A stretch of DNA of 64,000 bases from Mobula hypostoma (taxonomy: Eukaryota), in NCBI RefSeq assembly GCF_963921235.1, contig NC_086097.1:59522001-59586000 (forward strand). Direction: 5' to 3'. The position numbers were made by a program, and so were the translations under genes. A model generated the notes under the pieces. That model was not told the origin of the DNA. It worked only from the letters and a program-made list of their open reading frames with translations, and did no database searches. Positions within the stretch are counted from its first letter, which is position 1; the number at the start of each line of letters is the position of its first letter. Below are positions 1-12,814 of the stretch, in pieces.

Positions 1-729
1 ACTGAAATAATTAATTGGTTAGACATTATTTTGAACACCCTGACCAGGTATTAACATTTCCAAGTAAATCTACCTATCTCAAGATTATTTGCTTCAGATT
101 TTTAAATCAGGAAACTACAATCCTTGAAAAATCGTCATTTTCAACTTTAAAAAAATCATTAATTGAGGAGGGGGACGGTACAGCAGGCAGTGGGTGATAC
201 TAGTGAGAAAGATGAATTGAATGGCTCACCACTCAGGTTTTCCTGTTGCATGGCTGGAATAGTAAGCACAAGAAATGGATGCTGATGATAATGCCTGCTT
301 TACCAAAATCATCTGATATCATCTGCTTTAAAGCTTTGTTTAGATGTCAGCATACCATCATATTTGCAGACAGTTTTCATGAAAGGAGCATCATTGTTGA
401 GAGGAATTATCAGGAATATACACTTTGGTACAGAATAGATGTTTATTTTCTATATAAAATCTACATTTAATCTGTAACTTACAGAATATTGTTGAGATCC
501 AAGTTCTGACTGAAACCTGGACAGATTCAGGTGTATATTCTGATAAATCAATTTCATTGAGTTACTCTGCTCTGTTTAGGCTGGTTTGCTTTCTACTATC
601 ATGTCTTTCGATCATTGTTATTTATTTGCGAATGATCAATTGCATGAGATTGCTGGGTTGGGTCGAGGTCAGATTGGCCAGAATTGGGCTCAGATCAAGG
701 GCAAGTTCAAAGATCATGAGCATGGCTGA

Positions 730-900
730 TTTTTAACTTGCAGAGTTGTAGCTGCCTGGAAGGTGCTGCCAGGTGGGGTGGTAGAGGCAAATACAAAAGA
801 GGCATTTGAGAGGCTCTTGAACAGGCACATGACTGTACAGAAATGGAGAATGGATATTGGTGTATGCAAGACAGATTAGTTTAGTTAGTTTGGAACAACT
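730..900 (+). mobile_element. CR1 LINE 3'-end fragment
   Basis: Decayed match to the CR1 ORF2 C-terminus (RVV.AW..LP..VVEA.T...F.R.L.RHM) seen intact in ORFs 30378-30890 and 52252-52992. Confidence 0.75.
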
Positions 901-1179
901 TTGCTTTACTGATATCTTCTTTGTTCTGTCCTGGATCGAGTTTTAATTTTATAACCAAGTAGAGCTTTATTTTTTAAAAAATGTGTCCTCTGCTTCTTTC
1001 TGGAGGAAAGACCCAATATTTCTTTCTATTAAATCACTTAACTGTCTGAACGATTTCTTTTGATTCCTCCCACCTTTTACAAATAAAATACTTCCCATCT
1101 TTTATGTCTTTTACATTTGTTTTTCATCTTGAATGTGATTCTGGGATTTGCAGTTTGGAGATTGTTTGGGTGCTTCAGT

Positions 1180-1698
1180 GCTGTGCAGTCTCTGAGGGGA
1201 TTACAGGAGACATAGACAGTGTGCAGGAATCTTGTGGCGAGAAGACTGCGACCTGGCATTCAACTCCATTTCTCTGATTAAAGCCTCCATTGTTTGCTGA
1301 TTAAAGGAACGACTGAGACTGGAATGCTGGATGCTTGCCTTTTTATTGCTGAGGGATGAGTCTGCTGCTGGAGATGGGAGACTGCCTTCTTATTGCTAGT
1401 GTGATCACTCTGCTATGGAAAGGGGAGACCGCATTTTTATCCCTGGTGAGATTGCTCTGCTACAGAGAGGGAGAATATTGCCTAGGTTTTCTGTGGACTT
1501 GGACTGTTGACTTTCTTTCAGGCTTATGGCTTCTTTCTATTCTGTGTTTTTCGCCCAATCTTTCTCGCTTTTTGTGTGTGGGGAGGAGTGATTTAGGGGT
1601 TGATGATCATTCTACCGTTCCTTTCTTTCTTGGTTTCATGGCTATTGGAGAATAAGAATATCAGGGTTGAATACTTCAATAATAAATTAACCTTTGAA
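1180..1698 (+). mobile_element. Non-coding retroposon fragment with Rex1/Babar-type 3' tail
   Basis: Ends tcagggttgaatacttcaataataaattaacctttgaa, like the tail of the Rex1 LINE at ~6905-6965 (minus) and the copy at 63660-63958. 5' limit approximate. Confidence 0.55.
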
Positions 1699-1929
1699 AA
1701 GTTGTAGCCCTGTACTCTCAAACAAACATATTCTTTTGTTGTATAGATGGAAAAGTCCTCATTCCAAAGCTATTCTGTCACCCCTCCCCAACTCTCCCTA
1801 CCCTATTGCTGCTACATTCTGTACTTATGTGGAACTCAGTTTTATTACCTTTCATATGAATTTCTGCCCTGCTCTTCTGACAGATCTCTCCCTTTTCTTT
1901 ATCTTCATCTGTATTTCAGGATGCTAACC

Positions 1930-4510
1930 ATCCACTGATTCCTACTATATGCCCATTCCCATACCATGACTACACTCGCTACTCACCTCCTTTAAGGATA
2001 CAAATTCTTTCAGTTTCTGTGTCCATGCTGCATGTACTAAAGACAAGACTTCACATTCCAACACTCCAAAATGTCCTTTTTCAGAAAAATTAGCTTCCCT
2101 TCCACTGTGGTTTGAGTGCTTACTTGCATTTCCTCCCTTTCGAGATATCTGCTATGAACTTGATCCTTCTCCAGACAGAATTCCCGTTCTCCTCACCTTT
2201 CACTACACCATTCTCTGCAGATGATTCTTCCCTATTTCTGCTGGATGCAACAGAATCCCACCACAGGTCACATCTTACCCTCTTCCCAAGCACTTTGCCT
2301 TTTGCAGGAATGAATCTCTCACCAGTCTGTTCATCCCTTCTCACCTATCCATCCTTCTCATCCACCTAGGTCTTCCTTCCCTCAGACACTATCCCCTGCA
2401 ACAGTAAGAGATGCATCCCTACATCTCCGCCCTCAGCGCCATCCAGGGATCCAAACAGCCCTTCCAAGTGAGGCAGAAGATCACATGAAGCCCTTCCAAA
2501 CTGGTTATTCCATTTGGTGCTTCTTAATGTGGGATTCTCTACATTGGTAAGATTGAACTTAGACCATATAATGCTTTGCAAAGTACCTGCACTGACTGGA
2601 ATAGCCACCTTTAGCATTGGGTTGTTTGTCTCATTCCCACACAAACTTTAAGACCATAAGACATAGGCAGAGTATTAGGCCGTTCAGCTCATTCAGTCTG
2701 CTCCACCATTCCATCATGGCTGATTCTGGATCCCAATACACCTGCCTTGTCACCATATTCTTTGACGCCCTTACCGATCAACAAACGGTCAACTTCCACC
2801 TTAAATATATGCACGGACTTGGCCTCCACCGCAGTCTGTGGCAGAGCACTCCACGGATTCACCACTCTGTAATTCCCTTTATTCCATTGTGATACTGATA
2901 TATGTGACTTTTGCTTCTCGCCTTCATATTCAATCACATGAATTCAATCATATTCTGATCACTGCCTTCTAAGGATTCCTTTACACCTAAGCTCCCTCAT
3001 GAGATCGGGATTATTACACAACACCTAATCTAAGATAGCCTTTCCCTGAGTAGGCTCAAGGACAAGCTACTCTCAAAAGCTATCCCGTAGGCATTCAACA
3101 AATTCCCTCTCTTGCGATCTGACACCAACCAGATTTTCCCAATCCCCTTGCATATTGAAGTGCCCCGTTACAATTGTGACATTACCCTTAGTACGTGCCT
3201 TTTCCAGCTCCCTTTGCAACCTCAACCCCAGATCTTGGCTACTATTTGGAGGCCTATATATGATTAACATAACGGTTTTTTTACGCTTGAGTTTCTTAAC
3301 TCCATCCACAAAGATTCAACATTCTCTGACCCTATGACACCTCCTTCTAAAGACGTAATTCCATCTCTTACCAACAGAGCCCTCCACTGCTTATGCCGCT
3401 CCTTTCGATACAAAGTACATCCGTTGATATTAAGTTCCCAACTGCGGCCTTCTTCCAGCCACAACTCAGTGATGCCCACAACGTCACACTGACCAATGTC
3501 TAATTGTGCCACGACATGAGTTTGACAACCTTATTCCGAATACTACGCACATTTACATACAGCATCTTCACTCCTGCATTCTTTGCCCTTTTGAATTTTG
3601 CCTCTGTGGTACAATTTAACTCTTTGCTCTGTCTACATTTGTAGCCAATCATTGGCTTGCCCTTCCTTACATTCATGTTACACATCTCATCTACTTACAA
3701 ACCTGCTGGTTCATCCCCAGCTCTATCATACTGGTTCCTAGCCCCCTGCCATATTAGTTTAAACCACTCCTAACAGCTCTTGTAAATTTGCCCGCATAAA
3801 TATTGGTTCCTCTCAGATTCAAGAACAACCCATCCCTTTTGTACAGGTCACAACTGCCCCAGAAGAGGTCAATTATCCAGAAATCTGAACCCCTGTCCCC
3901 TACTCCAATTCTTCTGCCACACACTTAACTGCCAGCTCATTTTATTCCTATCTTCAACGTCGCATGGCACAGACAGCAATCCTGAAATTATTACCCTTGA
4001 GGTCCTGCTTCTCAGCTTCCTTCCTAACTCCCTGTATTCTTTTTTCAGGACCCCCTCTCTTTTCCTTCCTCTGTCATTGGTACCAATATGTACCACAACT
4101 TCCAGCTGCTCACACCCCCTGCCATTTCAGGATATTGTGAATGCACTTAGAAACATTGTGGACCCAGGCACCTGGGAGGCAATCTACCATCCGTAAATTC
4201 TCCAATGCCACAGTGAGGGCAAATGCAAACCAAAACAATAGCACCTCAGATTCCTCTTGGGTAGCCTGCAACCCAATGGTATGATTATTCAGGTATCCCA
4301 CTCCTCCTGTGTTCTCTTCCTACCCCTACTAGAGCAGCTAGGTTCTCTTACCATTGCTTATCTTTGCTACTTCATCACACCCCACACCACCATTACCACA
4401 GATCCATCTGTTACCCTTCCCACTTGTTTCCATCAGCCTGTGACCCAGTCACTAAGGGATTCTTCTCCTTTGACCTATCCTGCATATCTCTCCTCCTCAC
4501 CCCTATCCCC
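1930..4510 (+). mobile_element. Old Penelope-like element, split by a CR1 insertion (pieces ~1930-2645 and ~4200-4510)
   Basis: Decayed similarity to the RT C-terminus and GIY-YIG region of the copies at 50493-51628 and 55632-56342; sequence resumes in register after 4200 (cacctcagattcctcttgggtagcctgcaaccc). Confidence 0.7.
2650..4200 (-). mobile_element. CR1 LINE, internally deleted (ORF1 esterase, endonuclease N-terminus, 3' tail)
   Basis: ORF 3869-4096 VHIGTND...RELGRKLRSRTSRVIISGLL (CR1 ORF1 SGNH-like); 3500-3685 LYVNVRSIRNK; 3264-3512 DVVGITELWL; 3073-3309 IYRPPNS (APE endonuclease); 3' end in ORF 2689-2937. RT missing. Confidence 0.85.
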
Positions 4511-6275
4511 AATTTCACTAGCTCAATTAAAAAGACAAATAATTCAACTGAAGAAAAAAGCTTTGCACCAACTAGGTTGAACCAAAAGACAAAAATAAGT
4601 ACAATGTTACCTTATTAGTGTAACTATAATTGGCTAGATCTCACATTGTTTGATGCCTGTATTGAAATAATTAAAATGCTTCACCTGTGTGGGAACATTA
4701 AAAATAGGACATGTACACAGATTAGTTTGAATAAATGCACCCAAGGCTTAGATGAGATTCAAGTTTCTCACCTTCATATTTAATAATACACCTGACTTCT
4801 TCCAACCTAAATTCCCTTTCCTCCAATAATACAGGTGTTAGTTTTTCACATACAACAATCTAGTAGGAAAGGAATTTTTCATCCCAGTACCCACAAATGG
4901 CAAAGTTTGGCTTGGCAATTAAAAGGATCTTTGTTTTTTTTTGTCATTGACATGCTAGAGAACCCTCGTGGGAGTTGTGATCAGACAGCATTTGGAAGCT
5001 CAGTTATCATTTGCAGACATTGGTGGGTTTGGCTCACTGGGGCATCAAGTTCATCTATGAGTTGTGTATTGGGGAATCAGGAGGCAAGACCACAGATCAA
5101 GCACTGGGTCAGACCAGTCTAAATCTCAGTATCCTGCGGGGAGCAGGAGGTTGAAGTGCAAAGGATAGAAGGCTATTATGGGACTTGCCTTACTGTGTGA
5201 TCACAGCTCTGGTTCTGCTTCCAAGTCACTGACAATGATCACTCCAAGAATAATGCTGAATTACACCAAAATTGCCCCAAACTTTTACCAAATGGTTATC
5301 ACCATCATCTCTGTCTAGTTTATATTTTAAATAATATATCCTGCAATTAACAGCACTACATGATCCAGTTTGTAAGCTACTAAACATTTACAGCCACAAA
5401 GTGAAACCTCTGATCCAAAATATCCGAGCATATGTGGGCACAATATAATTCACTCAAATGGCAAAGAATTTTAAAATGTGTATTCTCCCATAATTATATG
5501 TTTCAATCTCTGTTTAGTTAACTGAACAGGTAGCTATGCTTCCTGACATACCTTCTGCAGATTTCTTCAGTGTGATTAACTACTCAGTCCCTTTGCTCGT
5601 AGCACAATTGCTGGGCCCTGTGGAGTCTCTTTGAATTGATCTGGACAGCAGCAGTTACTGGACACCAGGAGTCTTAACCACAGAGATCACTAGATCTTTG
5701 TGAAGAGCTCTGAAGGTCAATGCCTCCCAGGTGAAAAAATTCAAGCCAAGAGTTAAAGAATATTTAATGTAAATTTTGCTAACACTGTTGCCAGCAATCC
5801 TCGGTATACTCATCTAAGAAGAATATGTGTTGATATCCAAGTGTGAATCCCCTAAGCAACTGACGGGAGAATGGCAAATGCGAAAAATGGAAGGTATTGA
5901 ATAATTCCTGTGGATTATTACGCAAATCATGCAGCCGAGGAACTGTTATCGTAATGCTGCTTCTATTTGTGTTTATCAATGTGAACAGGGTTATAGGAGT
6001 CATGCAGCTGCAGCAGAGTAAATCTTGCTTCAGGCAGTTGATCACGCAGAACTTGAATAAAACACACATTTCCCTTTTTTCCACATGTAGTTTCAAGTTC
6101 ATTCCACTGCTAATTTAACTTTTCAAAAGAATCCTAGCAGCATGGAAGGTGATTCAGCTCAGTCTTATTTCCCTCCTCTTTCCCCAGAGACCTGAATATC
6201 ATTGTGTCCTCCCAAAGCAATTCTCTTGAAAGCCCCGTTATAATATAATGGGGCACCATGGTAGCTTAGTGGTTA

Positions 6276-6740
6276 AGCCTGATTTATACTTGTGCGTACG
6301 GGCTACGCCGTAGCCTACGCCATAGGCCTGATTCATACTTCTGTGTAGCCCTACGCAATAGCGAGCATGCGTTGTTGTGACTGCGCCGCTCTGTAATTCA
6401 CCGCCAAAACACTAGGTGGTGGTGGGGTTTCTATGCCACTGTGTTGAGTTTCTTTGTGAGAGGCATAGACGAGGAAATGCACTTCAAATATTTTCAGATG
6501 TCGGCAGGTAGATTTGACGATTTTGTTCATCATCTCCAACCATTTATTTCACTTCAGTGTACAGACATGGCAGAGAAAAGCATCCGGAAATGCAATGTTA
6601 CCAAGCGGACCAATCACAGTTGTTGCAGTCTGCATCACCGCGACACGTGAGTTACATTTTTGGGGAGGTGCACGTCACCCTACGGCATAGGGTACGTGGT
6701 ACCAACAGCATACATTTGACGCAGAAGTATAAATCAGGCT
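6276..6740 (+). mobile_element. Non-autonomous PIF/Harbinger DNA transposon
   Basis: 22-bp TIRs agcctgatttatactt(g/c)tgcgt with one mismatch; TTA duplication at 6273-6275 and 6741-6743; internal remnant DEEMHFKYFQMSAGRFDDFVHHLQPFI resembles the Harbinger transposase N-terminus. Confidence 0.9.
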
Positions 6741-6900
6741 TTAGTGTGATGCTATTACATTCCAGGGAATTCCAGATTGTGGAGTTCAATTCCTGTATCA
6801 TTCTGTAAGGAGTATCTGTATGCCCTTCACATAGAATACATGGGTTTTCCCCCAGTGCTCTGGTTTCCTCTCAGTCCGTAGGTGTACCGGGTAGATTAAT

Positions 6901-9225
6901 TCAATATACAAAATCAATTTATTATTGAAGTACATACTGTATGTGTTACCATATACAACCCTGAGGATCATTGTATTGTGGGCATACTCAATAAAACCAT
7001 AGAATGATAACAATAATGAAATTGATGAAAGACTGCACGGACTTGGGGATTCAACAAACTATGCAAATACAAAAAGAAATATATAATAATAATAAATAAA
7101 TAAGCAATAAATATCGATAACAGGAGATGAAGAGTCCTTGAAAGTGAGACCATAGGTTGTAGGAACATTTTAATGATGGGGCAAGTGAAGTTAAGTGAAG
7201 TTATCCCTTTTGGTTCAACAGCCTGGTGGTTGAGGGGTAGTAACTATTCCTGAACCTGGTGGCATGGGTTCTGAGGCTCCTGTACCTTCTTCATGATGGC
7301 AGCAGTGAGAAGAGAACATGTCCTGGGTGGTGGGGGCCCCTGATGATGGAAATTGTTTCTCTGTGACAGTGTTTCATGTAGATGTGCTCAATGGTGGGAA
7401 GGGCTTTACCTGTAATCTACTAGGCTGTATCCATTACTCTTTGTATGTCTTTCCATTTAAGGGCGTTTATGTTTCCATACTAGGCTAGTCAGTGTACTCT
7501 CCACTACATATCTATTGAAGTTTCTCAAATGTTTCGAGATCATGCTGAATTTTTGCAAACTGTTAAGCAGAGGCGCTGCTATGTTTTCTTCGCAATGGCC
7601 CTTAGGTGCTGGGCCCCAGAAAGGTCCTCCGAAATAATATCACAGAGGAATTTAAAGATGCTGACCCTCCGATGAGGGCTGGCTCATGGACCTCTGATTT
7701 CCTTCCCCTGAAGTCAATAATCAGCTCTTGGTGTTGCTGATGCTCAGTGAGAGATTACCATTATGGCACCACTCAGCCAGATTTTCAATCTTGTTCCTAT
7801 GTGCTGACTCATCATCACCTTTGATTCGGCCTTTGACCGTGGTGTGATCAGCAAACTTGAACACGGCATTGGAGCTGTGCTTAGCCACAGAGTCATAAGT
7901 GTAAAGAGAGTGGAGCAGGGGGCTAAGCACACCGTCTTCTAGTGCACCTGTGCTGGTGGAGATTGTGGAGGATATTTTGCTGCGAATCTGAACTGACTGT
8001 GGTTTAAAAGTGAGGAAATCGATGATCCAATTATACAAGGTGGCTTTGAGACCATGGACTTGGAGTTTATTGCTTAGTTTTGAGGGGATGGTGAATGCTG
8101 AGCTGTAGCTGACAGAGAGCATCCTGATGGATGCATCTTTGCTATCCAGGATTCAGGATTGAGTGAAGAGCCACTGAGATAGCATTTGCTCCGGTAGGTA
8201 AATTGGAGTGGATCCAAGTCGCTTCTTAGGCAGGAATTGATATGTTTCATCACAAACCTCTCAAAACACTTCATCACTGTGGATGTAAGTGTTACTGGAA
8301 GATAGTCATTGAGGCAAGTCACCATGGTCTTAGGCACCAGTAGAATTGAAGCCTGATTGAAACAAATGGGTGCCTCAGACTGCCAAAGTGAGATGTTAAA
8401 TATCTCAGTGAACACTCCAGCCAGTTGATGAGCACAGGTCTTTAGTACTTGACCAGATACCCCACCTGGGCTGCATACCATTTGCACATTGGCCTCAGAG
8501 TCTGAAATCACAGGATCATAGGGGGTTGTGGGAGTTTGTGATGGTTCCTTCTTTTTTTTACAAATTGAGCATAGAAGGCAATGAGCTCATCTGGAAATGA
8601 GGTCTTCTCACCTATGTCACTTGATTTAACTTTTTGAGGTGATAGTATTCAAGCCCTGCCACAATAGACAAACATACTTTGCCAGTTTAAGTTTAGTCCA
8701 GAAATACCACTTTGCTGATGAGATGGCTTTTTGGAGATTGTATCTGGACCTCTTGTAACTTTCTTGGTCACCTGACTTGAATTCCCTTGATCTGCCCCTC
8801 AGCAGATTACAGATCTCATGGTTCATCCAAGGCTTCTGATTGGGGAAGATTCTGAATGATTTTTCTGGGGACACACTCATTTACAACTGTTTTAATAAAA
8901 TCCATGACAGCTATGGCGTATTCTTTCAGATCCACAGATGAGTGTTTGAACATGGTCCAGTCCACCGACTCGAAGCAATCCCCTAGCTGGTCCTCTGCCT
9001 CCCATAACCACTTCTTTGCCCTAATCCCTAAAACTTTGCTCTTTAGCCTCTGCCCGTATGCATGCAGGAAGACAGCCAAGTGATCCGATTTACTGAAATG
9101 TGGGCTGGGCATGCAACAGTAGGCGTTCCTTATCTTAGTATAACAGTGGTCTAGTGTGTAGGGACCATGGTCCTACAGGTTATATACTGATGGTAATTGG
9201 GCAGACCCTGTCCAAACCGTGCCCA
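6901..9225 (-). mobile_element. Rex1/Babar LINE, 5'-truncated and decayed
   Basis: ORFs 8816-9112 (PHFSKSDH), 8074-8511 (CLNDYLPVTLTSTVMKCFER), 7721-8122 (SSAFTI...STGALEDGVLSPLL...KFADHTT); tail gtacttcaataataaa. Confidence 0.9.
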
Positions 9226-10584
9226 ACTGGTCATTGTAAATTGCCCCATGATTATATTAGGGTTAATTGGAGTTGTTGGGTTGCTAGGATGGCATTGCTC
9301 AAAGGGCCAGAATGGCCTACTGAATAAAATAAAAATAGAATTAGAAAAATCCTGACCTGATCTTTGTTAAGTGCTTTATATTTGAATTGTATTAATGAGA
9401 TTTTTGTCCAATCTGATACTAACATTGTACATTGGATTCACCAGAACTACCAGCATTTTATTGAACTGAATGCTTTTCTTTCATGAAATTCTTTCTTTAA
9501 AAAAAGACAACGCAAATGTAAACAGAATGCAAGTTTCAAATCATTTTGGCTTATGTACAATATAAGCAAATGTTTCAATTATAACTCTTTGTTGAACTGA
9601 AAACCAAAAGATAAGCACTTTTAGATGCTGAATTTCTAATATCACTCATCATTCATCAACCCCTATGCATTATTACTCTTGTCATTCTTTTTAACACCTC
9701 ATTCTATTTAGAAATCTTCTGATGTGTTTTGAAGTTAGAATTGACTGCAGCACTCTAAGTAGTCTGACCAACAGTGAAAAACTTTTGATATTATCTCCAG
9801 AGCCTTGTATGTTTTTGCTCCAGCTATTCATCCAATCCTTCAGTTTTCTTCCTCTCTTATTCCACCCACTAGTCTGAGTTTGAATGATCGATAACTGTAT
9901 GATAGAGTTTTGTCAGTAAGTTGGAAATGTATCTCACTTCTTGTGCTGTGGTTATCCCCTTGGGAGCTTAAAATGTAACACAGAAAATAACTGATCCTCA
10001 AATTTCTACAAACTATTCCCTAATAACATATGGAGATGGCATCAAAGTCACTTGTAATATTTTTGCTGTGATTTATGGCAAATAAAAACATTAGATTGTC
10101 TTCAGTCTTCTCTTTGAAAAGTACTTAAATATTGTAAACTGGAAATGGAAAAATTAGGACATTGGACTGGTCTGACAATGTACTTTTGAATGAGGCCGAA
10201 ACAATTCTTCAGAATGTTTGGCTTTGAGATTTCTGCATGGGTCACTTACGATATTCCCCATCACATTACGTACTCCAGCAAACAATGGCAAAACCTGAAC
10301 TCATGGGTCCAGTTACAAGTATTTGAGCCAATGTTGAGTAAAAGAAAATAGGAAAATTTAAAAGTTTAGAAATGCATTGCTCAGAAAGCTGAGATCATAA
10401 GGCAATCAGATTTGGGCCAGTTTTATTTTCCCCTTTGAAATTCACAATGAATATTAATAAGCAAGGATCTGATATTCACTGATAATACCTACCCAGTTTC
10501 AATGTCAATGTCAGGAATTAATTCACTTCTCACCCCCACCACAATTACCACCTGTCATACCACAGGACTGCCATTGGTTTCAAG

Positions 10585-10860
10585 TGTGTAATTTACCCAC
10601 AGGAGTGAAGGCCAAAGTTTACTTTGTCACCAGATGATCTGTGGTAGGAGCAGATCCAAAGTATACTAAATAGAGGATGTGGGGCTTGTATGTGCAGTAG
10701 TGAAGTTACCACCTTTGGTTCAAGAGCCTGATGGTTGAGTGTAATAAATATCTCTGAACCTAATGGTGTGAGTTCTGAGGCTCCTGTACCTCTTTCCTGA
10801 TGGCAGCAGTGAGAAGAGGGCATGGCCTGGAAGACGGACAGCTGCTGGTGGACTCCTAGA
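10585..10860 (-). mobile_element. Rex1/Babar LINE 3' fragment
   Basis: HALFSLLPSGKRYRSLRTHTIRFRD in ORF 10720-10974, homologous to 7210-7340. Confidence 0.75.
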
Positions 10861-10999
10861 ATGTCTCGGAAATCGAAGTAAAAACAATTTATATGCAATA
10901 GCCCATGACTTATACAAAAGGAAATCAGAAATACCTTTGAGCCAAGGCAACTGATCTAAAACTCTTTCTGGCACAATAGTGCAGGCAGCAAATCTACGC

Positions 11000-11140
11000 T
11001 TTCAGTCCTGAAGAATAGTCTCGACTGGAAACGTCAACTGTTTATTCAATTCCATAGATACTACCTGACCTGCTGAGTTCCTCCAGCATTTTGTGTGTGT
11101 TGCTCTGGATTTCCAGTATCTGCAGAATCTATTGTGTTTT
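11000..11140 (+). mobile_element. Isolated Penelope terminal (pLTR) tail
   Basis: Matches the tail ...cctgctgagttcctccagcattttgtgtgtgttgc...tctgcaga shared with 28321-28465 and 51520-51628. Confidence 0.85.
11003..11040 (+). ncRNA. Minimal type I hammerhead ribozyme motif (Penelope-associated)
   Basis: cagtc-CTGAAGA-a-tagt(ctcg)actg-GAAA-cg-TC-aactg: CUGANGA box, 4-bp stem II, GAAA, ACGU palindrome, UC cleavage site, stem I with one mismatch. Confidence 0.75.
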
Positions 11141-11254
11141 AGATCTTTATTTTAACACCTGGAAAGGAACTATTTTTCCCGTGGAGGTGATATGTATTTA
11201 CCAGGTGAATTAATAAGTGCTTGTAATAAACTGTTTGTTTAGGTCTTGGGAGCC

Positions 11255-12810
11255 ATTCAAGGAGAAGGTGCTTGGAAAGCAGAAAGGTCTGAAGGTAGCT
11301 AAGTTATCTGGACCAGATGGACTGCAACCCAGGGTTCTGAAAGGGGTAGCTGAATAGATTATGGATGCAGTAATAATGATCTTCCAAGGTCCACTGGATT
11401 CTGGAACGGTTATGAAGGACTGGAAAATTGCAAATGTCACTCTACTCTTTAAGTAAGAAGAGATGAAAAAAGGAAATTATAGGCCAGTTAGCCCAACTTC
11501 ACTGGTTGGGAAGATGTTGGAGTTCATTATTAAGAATGAGGTTTCAGGGTACTTAGAGGTGCATGATAAAGTGGGTCAAAGTCAGCATGGTTTCCTTGAG
11601 AGGAAATCTTGCATGACAAATCTGTTGGAATTCTTTGAAGAAGTAACAGACAAGATGGACAAAGGAGAGAATCAGTGGATATTGTTTACATGGATTTTCA
11701 GAAGTCTTTTGACAATGTGCCGCATATGAGGCTGCTTAATAAATTAAGAGCCATGGTATTACCGGAAAGATACCAGCATGGATAGAAGATTGGCTGACCA
11801 GCTGGAGGCAAATGGGAATAAAGGGGGCCTATTCTGGTTGGCTGCCAGTGACTAGTGGTGGTCTGTATGGGTCTGTACTGGACTGCACTTTTCATGTTAT
11901 ATTTCAGTAATTTGAATGACAGAATTGATGGCTTTATGGTCAAGTTTGAAGATGATACAAATATATGTGGAGAGTGAGGTGATATTGAGGAAGCAGGGTG
12001 TCCGAGGTAGGAAGTAGACAATTTGGACAAAGAAATGGAAATGAAAAGTATACTGTTGGGAAGTGTGTGATCATACACTTTGGTAGTAGGAATAAATACA
12101 AAGACCATTTTCTAAACAGGGAGAAAATTCAGAAATCAGAGGTGAAAAGGAACTTCAGAGTTCATGTAAAGGATACGCTAAAGGGTAACTTTAGGTTGAG
12201 TCAGTGGTGAGGAAGGCATGTTAGCATTCGTCTTGAGAGGACTAGAATATAAAAGCATGAATGTGCTGTTGAGGCTTTATAAGCATCGGTCAGACAGCAT
12301 CTGGAGTATTGAGAGCAGTTTTGGGCTCCTTATTCAAGACAATGTTTGCTGACATTGGGGAGGATCCAGAGGAGGCTCATGAGAATGATTCTGTGAAAGA
12401 AAGTGTTCAAGTATGAGGAGAGTTCAATGGCTCTGGCCCTGTACTCACTGGAGTTTAGAAGAACGAGGAGGGATCTCATTAAAACCTATTGAATATTGAA
12501 AAACCTAGATAGAGAGAATGTGGAGAGGATGTTCCCTGTAGTAGGTGAGCCTAGGATTAGAGTGCACAGGATCAGAATAGAATGATGTTAATTTAGAACA
12601 AAGATGAGGAGAAATTTTTTTTAGTGAGAGGGTGGGAAATCTGTGGAATTCCTTGCCATAGATGGCAGTGGACATCTTTGAGTATATTTATAGTGGAGTT
12701 TGATAGGTTCTTGATTAGTCTGGGCGTCAAATCAGCCACGATGGGATGGTAGAGCAGACTCGATGTGCCATGTGACCTAGGTCTGCTCCTATGTCCTATT
12801 GAGCTATGGA
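11255..12810 (+). mobile_element. CR1 LINE RT region and 3' end, decayed
   Basis: ORF 11463-11729 GNYRPVSPTSLVGKMLE...SQHGFLERKSCMTNLLEFFEEVT; tail ctgctcctatgtcctat. Confidence 0.92.
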
Positions 12811-12814
12811 TGTT

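Larger units (their letters stand above)
6250..9340 (+). mobile_element. tRNA-derived V-SINE/HE1-like SINE in three pieces (6250-6275, 6741-6900, ~9226-9340)
   Basis: A-box-like ggtagcttagtggtta, B-box-like gagttcaattcc, central tgggttttccccagtgctctggtttcctc, and gattaat|tggtcattgtaaattg rejoined across the Rex1 insertion; A-rich tail. Confidence 0.7.

Noticed and set aside
5779..6102. 107-aa minus-strand ORF as a host gene
   Set aside because: No recognisable domain or convincing splice sites; kept only as a non-coding candidate.
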